A stretch of 63,952 nt of DNA, filler included, from Diploschistes diacapsis (lineage: Eukaryota): NCBI GenBank assembly GCA_023645945.1. It is 5 parts of 5 records of this genome, joined end to end, with 100 filler letters (N's around TTAATTAATTAA, not from the genome) between each part and the next. Parts side by side here need not be neighbours in the genome. Positions count along the whole stretch, not along the records: positions 25,691 to 38,395 come from JALAIB010000715.1; positions 38,496 to 51,188 come from JALAIB010000716.1; 3 more parts are not named here. One strand, given 5' to 3'. The notes beneath the pieces were generated by a model, which was given only the letters and a program-made list of their open reading frames with translations, did not search any database and was not told the origin of the DNA. The position numbers and the translations under genes were made by a program. This document shows, one piece after another, positions 37,962 through 50,103 of this stretch. Within the stretch, counting starts at the first letter, position 1, and each line of letters begins with the position of its first letter.

Positions 37962-38395
37962 AATATATTGCAAGCTCAGCACGTTAAATTTCTCAATGTA
38001 TATATTTACATCTCGATGGGTTTCGGACAGGCTATTGAATATTATGAACGAGATAAAAACGAGATAAAAAAAGGTACCCACTGGAGCCCAGTATGACCCC
38101 GGGTCATGAACCCCCCATCATAGGGGTGCAGTTATTCTGACCGAAATATTTGCGGTCATTTATGTTAGCGTACGGCGTAGGATGTTGGTGTGGCGGAATG
38201 GTCCCACACTCGATATACTTTGAATTTATCAGTCATTTATTTACAATTTGAGGTACCTTTCAAGTAAGCGAATTCTCGCAGATACTAAATATAAGAGTAA
38301 AGCTATTCAGGGATTAAATTGATATACAAATATAAAAATAGCGCGATACAGCGCCTAATCTTTATAAGAAGCCCCCCCCCCCCATTGCCTATCGC

Positions 38396-38495
38396 NNNNN
38401 NNNNNNNNNNNNNNNNNNNNNNNNNNNNNNNNNNNNNNNTTAATTAATTAANNNNNNNNNNNNNNNNNNNNNNNNNNNNNNNNNNNNNNNNNNNN
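38396..38495. other. Artificial contig linker, flanked on both sides by AT-rich repeat-like sequence
   Basis: N44-TTAATTAATTAA-N44; TpA-rich tracts at ~38200-38395 and 38496-38790. Confidence 0.99.
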
Positions 38496-38904
38496 TTACT
38501 AATCTTGTTATTTATAACATTAAAACGTTTTAATTAAAGCTAATAAACTATAAAGATAGAAAAAGAATGAACTAATTGATTCTATTAAGAATAAATAGAT
38601 TAAAACGGTACATCTATAAAAAGAAAACTAATCAAAAGAAGTATTTTATGAACATAAAAAGCAACTAATGAGCGAATCGTTCATATTCTAATAAGAGAGG
38701 ATGTGGTTTCATTACGGAATTAAGCCCTAAGTCCGAAAAGACTTGGCAGAATACCTTTTATTTGTAAATCTGTAGCTAGACAATTTAAAACACACCATGC
38801 AATCGAATCACATCGCAAACAGGGCTGGGTCACGTGACCTGTCATCACTCCATCCTATTTCATCATATCATCGTGTTCTTCTGAAGAAAGTTCAACTCGA
38901 ACCC

Positions 38905-41900
38905 TCACACCACCCCTTTCCTCACACTCGTAATAGGAAACGTTACCCTCGACTCTACAGTCGAGCGCATGATAAAGTCCAAAGTCCTATCCATGCCCAT
39001 CTCCGCCGTCCTGTCCAGCCATTTCTCCACCGGCCACACCTCCAGCTCCAGCTGCGTCCGCTCCTTTATCACCCTCTGCATGTTGGCGACCTCGAAGGCC
39101 TCATCTGAGCAGTGATTGCGCACCACGAAGCGCGGCACCTTCTTCGCCCCCTCGCGTCGCGTTTCGAGCGCAACCTCGACCATGTCCCGCGCAACATCCT
39201 CTACCTCGATCTGATCCAACCTGCCAGGCCACAGCCTCGCCTCCAGCTTGGGCAGCGCTCCAAGCTTCCTGCTGTACTCGTCGATCGTCCGCATCAGCGC
39301 TGGCTCGGAGCCACCCTCGCCCACCATGGGGCTCGGGTGGTGCGCCGCGGCCGGCACCCGCTCCGAGAAACGCTCCAGCAATGCCTCGCACATCCACTTG
39401 CCCGCCGCGTAGCCGATACGCGTGCAGTTGTCCCGGTTCAGGTCTTTGGGCGGCCGCAACTGGGCAGAGGAAATTTCGGCCATCTCGAGTTCGCCGGACT
39501 GCTGGAGCATGGCGACGATGTTAGAAGACACGAAATGCAGTGGCACCCCACGCGGAGCCGCCATGGCCAGCAGTGCCGGCATCGAGGCCACGTTTGTGGG
39601 ACGCACGGAGTTGTAGGACTTGAGGAAGTTGACCTCGTACGCAGCGTGGATGATTAGGTCGGCATGCTGTGACATCTTATTGAAGTCGGTCTGCGACAAG
39701 CCAGCGCGTGGCGAGGCTAGGTCGCCTGTGTGCTCTGCAATCTTGCGGTGCCGGACCTTGACATGGCGAGATCTGCCGCTGGGGTTGGGGCGGATGGCGA
39801 TGCAGTGCACCTCGCGGACTCGGTCGTCGTATACGAGCTTTTGGAGGATGTGCCCGCCGAGGAATCCGGTTGCGCCGGTAAGGACGACGACGAGGCCGGG
39901 CGAGTGACCGTTTGTCAGGCCATTGGCGTGACCATTGACCGAGCCGTTCGTTCCATTTGCTCCGTTATGCTTGGGGTAAGATGGGATTAGACCTTCCACC
40001 TCAGCCAGCAAGGACTCGATCTCCTTGTCTCAGTCAATGTCCGTCTCGGCCGCTGTTTCATGGATTTCATTCTGAATATTGTTGCCATTCTGTACCTTCT
40101 CCCCGCCGTTGACGCCGTTCGTGGTTGCGGGGCGCCGCCTCCCTGCCAAGGCGTCTCTGCACAGCTGCGTGAACGAGCTATTATCCGCCAGGATCTTCAA
40201 GACGGGGATCTCGACGCCGACCTCCTTCAGGAACCACGAACGGATCTGAACGGCAACAAGCGAATCCACGCCCAGGCTCGCCACGGGCATGCCCTTGGCA
40301 ATACGGCTGGCATAGACTTGGAGCATACTGTGCAGCTCCTGAGCAAAGCACTTTTCGAACGTCGCCTGGACAGCGGCGTCATCCTCGGCCGCAGCCAGCA
40401 GCTCCTTGACACTCTTGCCGTCGAGCTCACTATGCTTCTCGCCGTCTTCACCGTGCCGGTCAGCCAGCAGCTTGTCGTTCTTCGGGGTGAAGTAGTGCCA
40501 CATCCGCGGATTATCTCTCCACGTCGCCGCGGTGCCCGTCCTGAAGTTGCAAATAAGCTCGGGCGCGTGTCCCGACCCCGGTCGCCCGACCCGGATCGCA
40601 TCCGCCAGCATATCGTGCAGGTCCGTCTCGGAAAGCTTCAGGAAGCCCGTGTCCCACGGCCTGTCGCCCTTGGCGCGGTGCCAGTAGCCGAGGCCGACCA
40701 GCTCAGCGATGTGGATCACGGAAGCGGCCAGGCCGCGCCGACGACGCTGGGCCGCGGGGCTCGTGTTGTACATGTTGGAGGCGGTGTATGCCGACTGGCC
40801 CGAGTTGCCAATGATGCACGTGGCCGAGGAGAGGAGGATGAAGAAGTCGAGATTGCTCTGCGGACCGAAGGCCTCGTGGAGGTTGCGTGCGCCTTCCACC
40901 TTGGGCGCTAGGATGGAGGCGAAATCGCTCCATGGCTGGTTGAGGAAGAGACAATCGCGGAGTACCATAGCGCCATGTATAATACCACCCACTGGAAGCA
41001 TTGTAGATTTGATATTATCAACGAAGGCATCCAGGGCCTTTCGGTGTGTGACGTCGAGCGGTACAACACGAACCGTTGCCCCCTTGTTGGCGAGATACTC
41101 GACTACAGCCGGTGTCGTCTTGGGGTTACGGCTGGATGTGATGATGTATCGTGCACCGTGTTCGACCATCCACAAACAAATCGAATCGCCGACGTCGCCG
41201 GCGAGACCGAAGAGGATGTACGTCTTGTTCGGTGAGAACAGACCGGGCTGCTGGTGTGAATGTATACTGCGCGTGGCGATTTCGAGAGTGCGCCAATCAA
41301 CAATTGCGTCGGGCCTTTGCAATTCGGTCGTTGAACATCCCACCCTTTCGATGGGTAGGACAGCTGCGTCGTCGTCGTGGTTCGAGGTCAGACCTGCCGC
41401 CATATCCAAATGCTGCTTGAGAACTCGTCGCAGCTGCGCACCGTCAAATGAGAGCGCTAGCCCGTCCGATCTCGAGGCCGAAGACTCGTCCCTCACTACT
41501 CTAGGGCTGATATTGGGCATGCTCATTATCTGCATCATCTTGTTCATAGCTCCATTCACGGGTCGCCGCCGCCCCTGCTGCAAGTTGACGAACGCCTTGA
41601 CGTCCCGGGGCCAGATTTGCCACAGTGCATTCTGGGAGACGTACGGATGAATGTACTTCATCTTTTTACTTTTCGCATATTCCTCTTCTGATGTGGTCAG
41701 GTAAAGCTCAACACCTTGGCGATGAGCCGCCACTTGAAATGGCTCGAGTCCAGCTGTTGTTTGCGCCGTGTACCCATATTGGTCCATCGGATTGGCTCAC
41801 AATATCCTCCAAGATGATGCTCACCAGAAGCTGATGCAGTAGTTGGCAAGGGTCTTCAGGCGACGAGGGGAATATGCTCAACTCGGAGGCGCACAAAGTT

Positions 41901-44900
41901 GAGGCGTTGACGGACGACAGAACGACGGCCTTTTCGCTGGAACCAAGAATATCCCCGACGCACAGATATGTCGACTGCCCATCGCATGTCACAAGCTGAT
42001 GGGCAGAGGAGGCAAGCACCTGTATCTGCGCCTCGTTGTCCCCCAGCAAGACGCTGAGGTACAGGCTGAAGACCCAGGGCACCATCATGGCGTTTGGCAA
42101 TCTCAATTATGATAGACGGGCTTTCTCCGAGCACCCCGTTCTGATGCGCTCCGTCCACTCCATTCTGTGTACCCTGATACGCCGCTTTTGCCTTCTGCGT
42201 AAGATCTACCGCTTTCTTCGGCTTTGGTAGAATCCTCGGGATGTACAGGGCTCCATCTCGCAGCGCAACCTCGGGTTCAGTGCTCCACAACACGTCGGCA
42301 GCCTCTGGAATGCCCAGACAAACGAGTCGCAGGAGCGCGGTGGCGATCACCTTGGGGTCAGTGGCTTCGCAGTCGTCAATATCGACGAGCTGAAACTTCA
42401 TCTCGGGGTTTTCGAGCCAAACGGATCGTGCCCACCCTACGCTCATGTTGACGAACGGGTCGCCTTCAGCCCCCGAAACAACCCAGAGAGCCGCTTTCGC
42501 ATTCTGGACGATCTGCTGCAACCCCCCGTAGCGCTGTTCATTAATGCCATCAAAGACCGGTGAGTCCAGGTCAGTTAAGCACAGGACCGCCGTGTTGCTG
42601 GGAGTCTGGGCGCCATTAGTCTCGAGGTCTTCAGGATAGGTGATCCGCGTGATATTGCCGAACAAATGGCCCACCAGCCCCTCGATCTTCTTGGCAAGTC
42701 GAGCACCCCGCAAGGACGGCCTCTCAGCTCGGAGGATCAGGAGCTCATCGAGCCGTGGGAGGGATCCCTGGCGGTGAAGCGGGTCGCGGATGGTCTGGAC
42801 CGTATCATCTACAGCCTGCGAAACCATGACGCTACAGTAAGGGGTGACACTGGCGTCGACGCCGGAAAAGCCCGACTTCTTCATCACGTCGCTCCATTCC
42901 TGCACGCTGATACTGGGCGCCCAGACACGGCCGTCGTCGAGACCAAGGAATCAGCCCGGCAGAACGCCAAAGAGGAGTTGGAACGCCGGACTCATGCGTG
43001 TGCCCTCCATCAACAGCAAGTGTCCACCGGGACGGAGCAGCGCTCGGCACTGGCGCAACGTGTTGTTAAGTCGGCGTGTAGCGTGCAGCACGTTGGACGC
43101 GACTATTAGATCGTACGAGCCCAGCTCATAGCCCTGCGTTGATGGATCTTCTTCGATGTCCAGCGTCTTGAATATCATACGGTCACTATACTTGTCAAAG
43201 TCCTTACGGCCCTTTTGGAAGAAGCTCGGCGAGATGTCGGTGAAGCTGTACGAGCCCATGCGCCCTTCGAGAGCGGCCAGGACACCTCTTGTTGAGCCTC
43301 CAGTGCCAGCGCCGGCCTCGAGTACCTTCATGTGCGGGTATCGGTGGGAAAATTGGCCGGCAAAAATGGCGAGGTCGTGGTTTGCGTCGTTGACGACGCT
43401 CGACTCGTGGTAGAAGCGGTCGTGCACGCCGTTCTGTTTCCACACTTGCAACGGCGGTACCTCCCCACGGACAATGGGGAGGAGGTTCTCACCAACCGTC
43501 AGAACGGCCTGAAGGTCGATGTGCTCGGTAAACTCCTTGCCTCAGGCTTTCACCATGTCTTCGGTATCACTCGCCCAGTTCCGCTGCGCCAACTCGGACG
43601 CTCCGGCTTCAGCCTCGGGCAGCAAATGCTCTAACACCCAAGTCACCAGGTGCCGATGATGCCACTCCATCGAGGACATCTCGCCTGTGGTAATCTCAAA
43701 CTTCAGCTTGCGAAGGTAAAAGTAAGCCGCGCGATCCAGAATTTCCAGCATGGCCCTCGTCTTCGCTGTTGCAACGGCTCGCTGGCTAGGTTCGATGCCC
43801 GCCGCGGCGTCCCGCACAAACTCGTGCCTTGCATAGAGCGCGCGGTCGTTCTAACTCTTCTGGCCGGCCTGGGTGAAGCTGGCACAGCGGAGGCCGCGGA
43901 CTTGCATCTGCGGGTGCCCACTGCCCTCACAGAAGAGGTCTACGTCGCCTGTAAACGTCTTGGCGTCATCCGCAGTGAGCACGGCGTCGGCCATCATGAA
44001 GTCTTCGCGAGCCTCGTCTGGAGAAGACGACATGTTGACACGGACGAGGTCGATCCCAGCGGGCAGGTAGGTGGTCCAGAGGCGCTGGTCGCCCGGGAAA
44101 GAGAAGGCCATGAAAATGGCTTGGATGGCCTGGTCGAGCGTGGCGGGATGGATTCGAAGCCCGTTGTGGATGTTTTTGCACTTCACCGTGGCCTGGTTGA
44201 GGCGGCGTTCCAGCCCCACGAAACGGAAGTCTCCAATGTGCTTGACGCCCGTGATCCTGCGCACCTCGGGATAGAGCTCGTCCACGTCTATGGTCTGCAT
44301 CGGCAAATGATGCGGGATCCGGGAGGGAAGCGCATCAGAACAAGTGTCCCCGAGTACGATGTCAACACATCCTGTAAAATTCACCCTATCACCGGTGAGG
44401 CGAGCATCCGAGGCCACCGCCTCGGCGGGGGGGCGCTGTAGCAGGCGTACTCGGCGGAAATACAGTCGCTGGAAGTGCCCGTGGTGCGGATAACAAACTC
44501 GACGTCCATTCCGGGCGAATTTTCTTCCAGAGAACTAGCCCGATGGATCTCGATCCCCTTCAGTTCGACCAGCTTCACCGATACATTCAGCTCGACAGCT
44601 AAGTGCACCGCCGCCTCGTACGCCATGGAAACATAGCCAGCACCGGGGACGAGAACCTGCCCCTGGAAGCGATGCTCCCGCAGCCAGGCCATCTCGTCCA
44701 GCCTGAAGATATGTCGCCAGCGGACTTCCCTCTTGTTTCCTTCGCCGTGAGACGTGCCATGGCCGAGCAGTTGATGACGCGGGATGGAGTGGGTGCGAGA
44801 GGCCTTGGATTTCCGGGACTCGTGCCAGAAGACCGTTTCGTGGTCCCCAGCAGTACGAAGGAAGGCCTTTGAGAAGTGTGGGTGTTCGCGCAGCACTTCC

Positions 44901-47900
44901 CCGGAACGCTGATTGCAAGGCGTTGAAGTCGAAGAGTGGCTTTGGGCAGGTAAACTTCTCCTAGATGAAGCCTATGGCATCGGCAAAGCCCTCCAGGGCA
45001 TTCTGGCCGCGCTTCAGCACCCCGGAGTAAGGTAGTTCATTGCCGGTGAGGGACTTGACGATCTCGCTCGCAGGCCCTTTCAGCGCTGGATGGGAGGCAA
45101 TCTCGAGCAGCAGGTCGTGAACGTGTTCCTCGGCGATAGCCCTGCGCACGGCCTGTGCAAACAGTACGGGATGTGTCATGTTGTCGACCAGCATTGGCCT
45201 TCGAGCTGCCCGTCAATCTCGAAGGAGCGTCTCCTGCCATCTGGCCCGTACACGCTGGAATACCACTTGCAGAGGTAAAGGCCCTCTCGAACGACCACGT
45301 TGCATGCACGCAGACACGCTAGGTACGGCTCTGCGCAAGCATATGAGGCGGATGATAAGCCGCGTCGACCTTGAGTGTACGCGCAAAGGTGCCCTGTGCG
45401 TCTAGACGCCGTTGCGCTTCGTCTACGGCATCGGCATCGCCGGATAGAGTACAGCTTCGCCCCGAGTTATTGGCGGCGACGCAGATCTTGTCGGCTCCAA
45501 TCTCCTTGCAGAGCGCCGTGGCCTGTTCGAACGACATGCCCACCGCAATCATCTTGCCCGGCAATCCTCCTGGACCCTTCGCCAGCTTGGCATGCTGCCC
45601 CCGATAGTATGAGATACGGACGGCGTCAGAAATGCTGAGACAGCCCGCGGTATATGCCGCCGCCACTTCGCCGCTGCTGTGGCTCACGACCGCGCCGAAG
45701 GTGACACCGGCTGCCCGAAGGAGCTCAATCAGGCCAATCTGCAGGGTGGTGCAGAGCGGTTGCGACACGACGGGGTCCTGGACGCGCGACCTCGATGGGG
45801 GCGCGCACAGCTGGTCCACGAGAGACCAGTCCGGACCATCGGGCAAGTCGTCCAGACTCCGCTGCATCTGGTTCATGGCGCCGCGGAACAGAGAGCACGT
45901 CTGATAGAGCTCCTTGCCCATGGTAGGCCATTGTGCACCCTGTCCGTTAAAGACTCCCAGGATCCGCGGAGGCAGCTTCCCTGATATGGCAGGCGAGCGG
46001 CTTGTTTTTGCTAAGGCTACGAGTAGTAGTGTTCCCCAGCTTTTCGGCCAGCTGCGCAGTAGAGGTTGCCGAGAACGATGCTCGGAATGGAAACTCGCCC
46101 CGGCGTGACAGAGTGTATGCCAGGTCGACGAGCTTGGTATCGGGGTGTGTCCGAAGGTGCTCTCCCAGTGCTGGAGCCATAGATGCTAGCGATCGGCTCG
46201 AGTTGGCCGAAAGGAGCACAGGGATGCCGGCACCGTCTTCATATAAGCTAGGCGTCTGCGATGTGGCGGCCAGGCCCCGCAGATCCGGAGAGTACTGCTC
46301 GACGATAACGTGCACATTAGCGCCGCCGAAGCCAAAGCTGTTCACGCTCGCGCGTCTGGGCACGCCGGATGCCAGAGCCGGCCAGGGAGCGGTTACGGTA
46401 GGCACACGGAGGCCGTCGTAGAAGGGCTTGATGCAAGGATTGAGCTCGCTGAAATGCAGGTTGGGTGCTATCTTGCCGTGCTGCACGGCTAGAGATGCCT
46501 TGATGACCCCCGCGATACCCGCAGAGCCTTCGAGGTGGCCTATCAGGGTCTTGATAGACCCGACTGGCAATTTCTGCTCGTCTGCACCGTCGTATCCTAC
46601 AGAAAAGAAAGCGCGATGAATAGTTTCGGCCTCAATGGGATCTCCGGCAGGGTCCCAGTACCATGCGCTTCAAATAACTGCGGTCGGTGCTCTGGGATGT
46701 TCAAGTCCAGGCCACATTTGGCGTAGGTAGACTGGATGAGTGCTGCCTACATTACGGCGCTGGGCATGGTGAGGCCTGAATATGTTAGCGTTGGTCGGCA
46801 GTTTGCTAAGCAGTGGCAAATCAAACATGCCTCGAGTTCGGCCATCCTGGTTCGTAGCCGTGTTCCGAACAATGCTCTCGATGTGGTCGTTGTCCGCGAG
46901 GGCCTGGCTGAGGGGTTTGAGGATGACAGCTCCGATGCCCTCGCCGCGCGTGAAGCCGTCCGCGCTTGCGTCCCACATATGAGACTTCCCAGTCGGCGAA
47001 AGCATGTGCAGCTGCGTACCACAATCAGCCATACGAGTCGAGTCTACACGGTCAATAGGCCACGTACCTGAGACAGTCCGACAAAGCCCTCGGGCCCGAG
47101 CAACATATTCGTTGCCGCTGCGACAGCCACCTTGGCCTCGCCCGTCCGGAGAGCCTGGACGGCCAGGTGCAGCGCGAGCAGGCCCGAAGAGCCAGGCCGT
47201 GTCGAGCGCCAACGACGGGCCCTTCCAGTCGAAGAAGTACGAGATGCGGTTCGCGAGGATGGAGGCGGCCGTGCCCGTCAGGCCGTACTGGTGCCAGCTG
47301 TCGAGGTCCTGTCCCATCATGCTCACGTAGTCGGTGCTGGACCGGCCGACGAAGACCGCTGTGTTGGAGCCGCGCAGGCACGGGATGGAGTAACCGGCCG
47401 CTTCCACGCCCTCGTAGACCGTCTCGAGAAGGAGGCGCTGCTGGGGGTCCATGGACTGGGCCTCCTTGGGGGAGAGGCCGAAGAAGACATTATCGAAAAG
47501 GCGCGGGTCCTCTTCCATGAAATAGGCATGCTCCGTGTTGAAACTCTGTCGCAAACGCGGTTAGCACGGGCAAACAGCGATGATGAGATGAATTGATTGT
47601 TTAAGATCCAATCTTCACTTCGCCCACAGTAGTAGAAGACGAACTGGATTATATAAAGTCTTGGCATATATCTGGACCTGGTAGCGGTGGTAGGGGACAC
47701 GAACACGCGCGAAGGCACCGTCAAACCAACGCTAAAGCCGAAACAGATGAATTCGACGTTGAGGTTACGTGAGATCGCATGCCGCAGATCTACCGCCGAC
47801 CAGGAAGGCAAGAGAAAGAAAGTCTCCAACGAACTCACCCCATGGTACGATGGATTAGCATTGTGGAATGGTTGCCTCCCGAAGCGGCTCGCCGGGATCT

Positions 47901-48021
47901 TCTTCACAACATCAGTGGGCTTGACCAGCAAATCCCATAACTTGAGCGGCGACGAAGCACCACCAGGGAACCGGCAACTGGTGCCTATTATTGCAATAGG
48001 CTCATCTGCAAGCTTTGACAT
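38905..48021 (-). pseudogene. Highly reducing iterative PKS pseudogene, KS-AT-DH-MT-ER0-KR-ACP-R (terminal reductase)
   Basis: KS EPIAIIGTSCRFPGG, MDPQQR, DTA[C]SS, EAHGTGT, GHLEG; AT GQGAQW, HSSGE; DH HRFQGQVLVP, HPATLD; MT LEAGAGTGG; KR GNSGQSAY; ACP LGVDSL; R LTGATGFLG, GYAAGKW. Five in-frame stops and about nine frameshifts. Confidence 0.93.
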
Positions 48022-48272
48022 GGTTTGACCTGGCCGCCAGAGCAGATGCAATGCTTGAAGCGTGGTTTGGGCGTAGAGACGGGTGAGGCGTCTGAATATG
48101 AATGATGGTGGGACTGTTGAAAGGGCACTGGCCAGGAAACTACTCTGACAGAGGATGAAAAGTTCCCTCGAGAGCCATGCCTGAAGTATCTGTATTCGTT
48201 CGGCACCAAAGCTTCAACCGTGGATTCGGTACCGATCAAGTCTCCCGCATCCTTCAGGGATACAGAACCTTG

Positions 48273-48290
48273 GTTCCGGGCGCCCGGAAC
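48273..48290. promoter_or_regulatory. Perfect 18-bp palindrome GTTCCGGGCGCCCGGAAC, candidate Zn2Cys6 binding site
   Basis: Self-complementary, carries CCG/CGG triplets, and is centred in the 512-bp divergent PKS / trans-ER promoter. Confidence 0.65.
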
Positions 48291-48533
48291 AAAGTCAGCC
48301 GGAGACTTTGGAGTAGATCCTCCGGATGACAGAAAAGATCCGCTCACGTACCACTCACGTCGATCAGATATACTCCGCAAGAGGAAAAAGATTGATTATG
48401 TAGCTCTCAGCTATCTTGCTGTGGGTGGTTAGCCCTAATGGCACCTATGGGTCTTCCTCTTGCTTGATAAACGAGCATTTGTTCATTTCGCACAAGCCCA
48501 GCACCTTCCCCCAACTTCTGCTGCCTGGCCGCC

Positions 48534-49654
48534 ATGGCCATTACCAAAATGCGCGGTCTCGTCGGTGCCGGCGCCGGCTCTGGTAAGTATCGCCTCGACT
48601 CGGACCTCGCCCTCCCTGCGCTGCGCCCGGGAACGCTACTCGTGCGCGTCCACGCCGTTGCTCTCAACCCCGGCGACGCCAAAATGGCCGACTATTCCAA
48701 CGTCGCGGGGGCCACCACGGGCCACGACTTCGCCGGGACCGTCGTGCGCGTTTCCGGGAGGGCGACCGCGTCCTGGCCGTCGCGTACGGCATGCATGCTG
48801 ACGATCTGCTGAGGGGGGCCTTCTCGGAATACGTGCTGGCGACGGCGGACGTGGCGTGCAAGATGCCCGAGGGGATGGGGTTTGACGAGGCGTACGCGAT
48901 GCCGACGGCGCTGGCGACGGCAGGGCTGGCGCTCTTCCATGAGCTGGGGCTGCCCCTTCCCGGCACGCAGGAGGCTCGGAGCATAGCGGGGACGCCCGTG
49001 CTTGTGTCCGGTGGCGCGACTGCCACGGGCACGATGGCGATCCAGCTGCTGAAACGGCAAGTCTTCGATATAACAACGAGCTTCCTTTGACGAGGTCGCT
49101 CGCTAACTGCGCACTCTAAAGAGCCGGCCTTAACCCCCTGGCCACCTGCTCGCCCGCCAACAACGCCCTCTGCGAGTCCTTCGGCGCCGCCGCCTGCTTC
49201 GAATACCGCCTGCCCACTTGCGGTACTGACGTCCGCACCTACGCCAACGATGCGCTCGCCTACGTCCTCGATTGCAACACCGATGCCGGCGCAATGAAGA
49301 TGTGCTACGAGGCCATCGGCTCGGCGGGCGGCAGGTACGTTGCCCTGGAAGCGTTTTCCACGACGGTGCAGTACACCCGGCGGGACGTGGTGGCGAGCTG
49401 GATCATGGCCCCGTCCATGTTTGGGGAGGGGGTCAATCTGCCGGGGGCGTATGGGCGGCCCGTGTCAAGCGAGGACAGGGAATTTTCGAGGCAGTTTTTT
49501 TGGGATGGTGGAGAAAAACGCAATCAAGAATCATCCGGTCGAGATCAGGGAAGGGGGACTGGATGCGCTGACGGAGGGGATAGAAGAAGTGCGTTTGGGC
49601 TCCGTTAGGGCGAAGAAGTTGGTGTACCCTCTGCCTCTGGTTGGGGAGGTATGA
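48534..49654 (+). pseudogene. Trans-acting enoyl reductase (LovC-like MDR family), disrupted
   Basis: VRVHAVALNPGDAK, GHDFAGTVV, GDRV, GAFSEY, VLVSGGATATGTMAIQLLK, ATCSPAN, VRAKKLVY. Frameshifting deletion near 48750 and an extra T in T7 at 49495-49501. Confidence 0.9.
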
Positions 49655-50103
49655 TTCGATTTGCATCACGTCCAAGTACAGGATTAGGGGAGAAGTTTAG
49701 GAATTTAATTAGAATATATAAGGCCTTATCCTAAAGCGGCCAGTTTGATTACTTGATTTGGGTTAGCAGGTCGATAGGTATGCGGGAAGTATAACCTTGG
49801 TCACCGCCAAATGCTGTGTGTGTTCTATGATGGGTGGTAGGAATGCTTATATATAGCTAGTTTTACAGCAACTATTGGCTCATTCAGCTTACCAACAATC
49901 CTGCAGGCTGATATCCTTCATCTTCACCGACTATCCGTGCTTGAACTACATAGACATGCTTTCCGGGCCTCGATTCTAACAACAGCACTACTCGTTATTC
50001 CAAATCTTTTCGTCTTAACGGCGCTGGGAAAGTCATGCGCCATGTTTTCAAAGCAGCGGATAGTGAGGAAGGCAAGCTTATCATCCAGGCTTCATTCAAC
50101 TTG

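Noticed and set aside
40030..43544. UGA-as-Trp recoding or readthrough making the PKS functional
   Set aside because: Three TGA codons sit at likely Trp positions, but two TAG stops, about nine frameshifts and normal TGA terminators in other genes (STE23, BUD31) argue for pseudogenisation.
39101..47596. Numerous overlapping and antisense ORFs (e.g. 40709-41650 +, 40060-40911 +, 43650-44441 +)
   Set aside because: Expected shadow ORFs of GC-rich PKS coding sequence; no independent motifs.
26462..48021. Zn2Cys6 factor or CorA-like gene of contig 3 as members of the PKS cluster
   Set aside because: Separated by an artificial linker; no linkage evidence.
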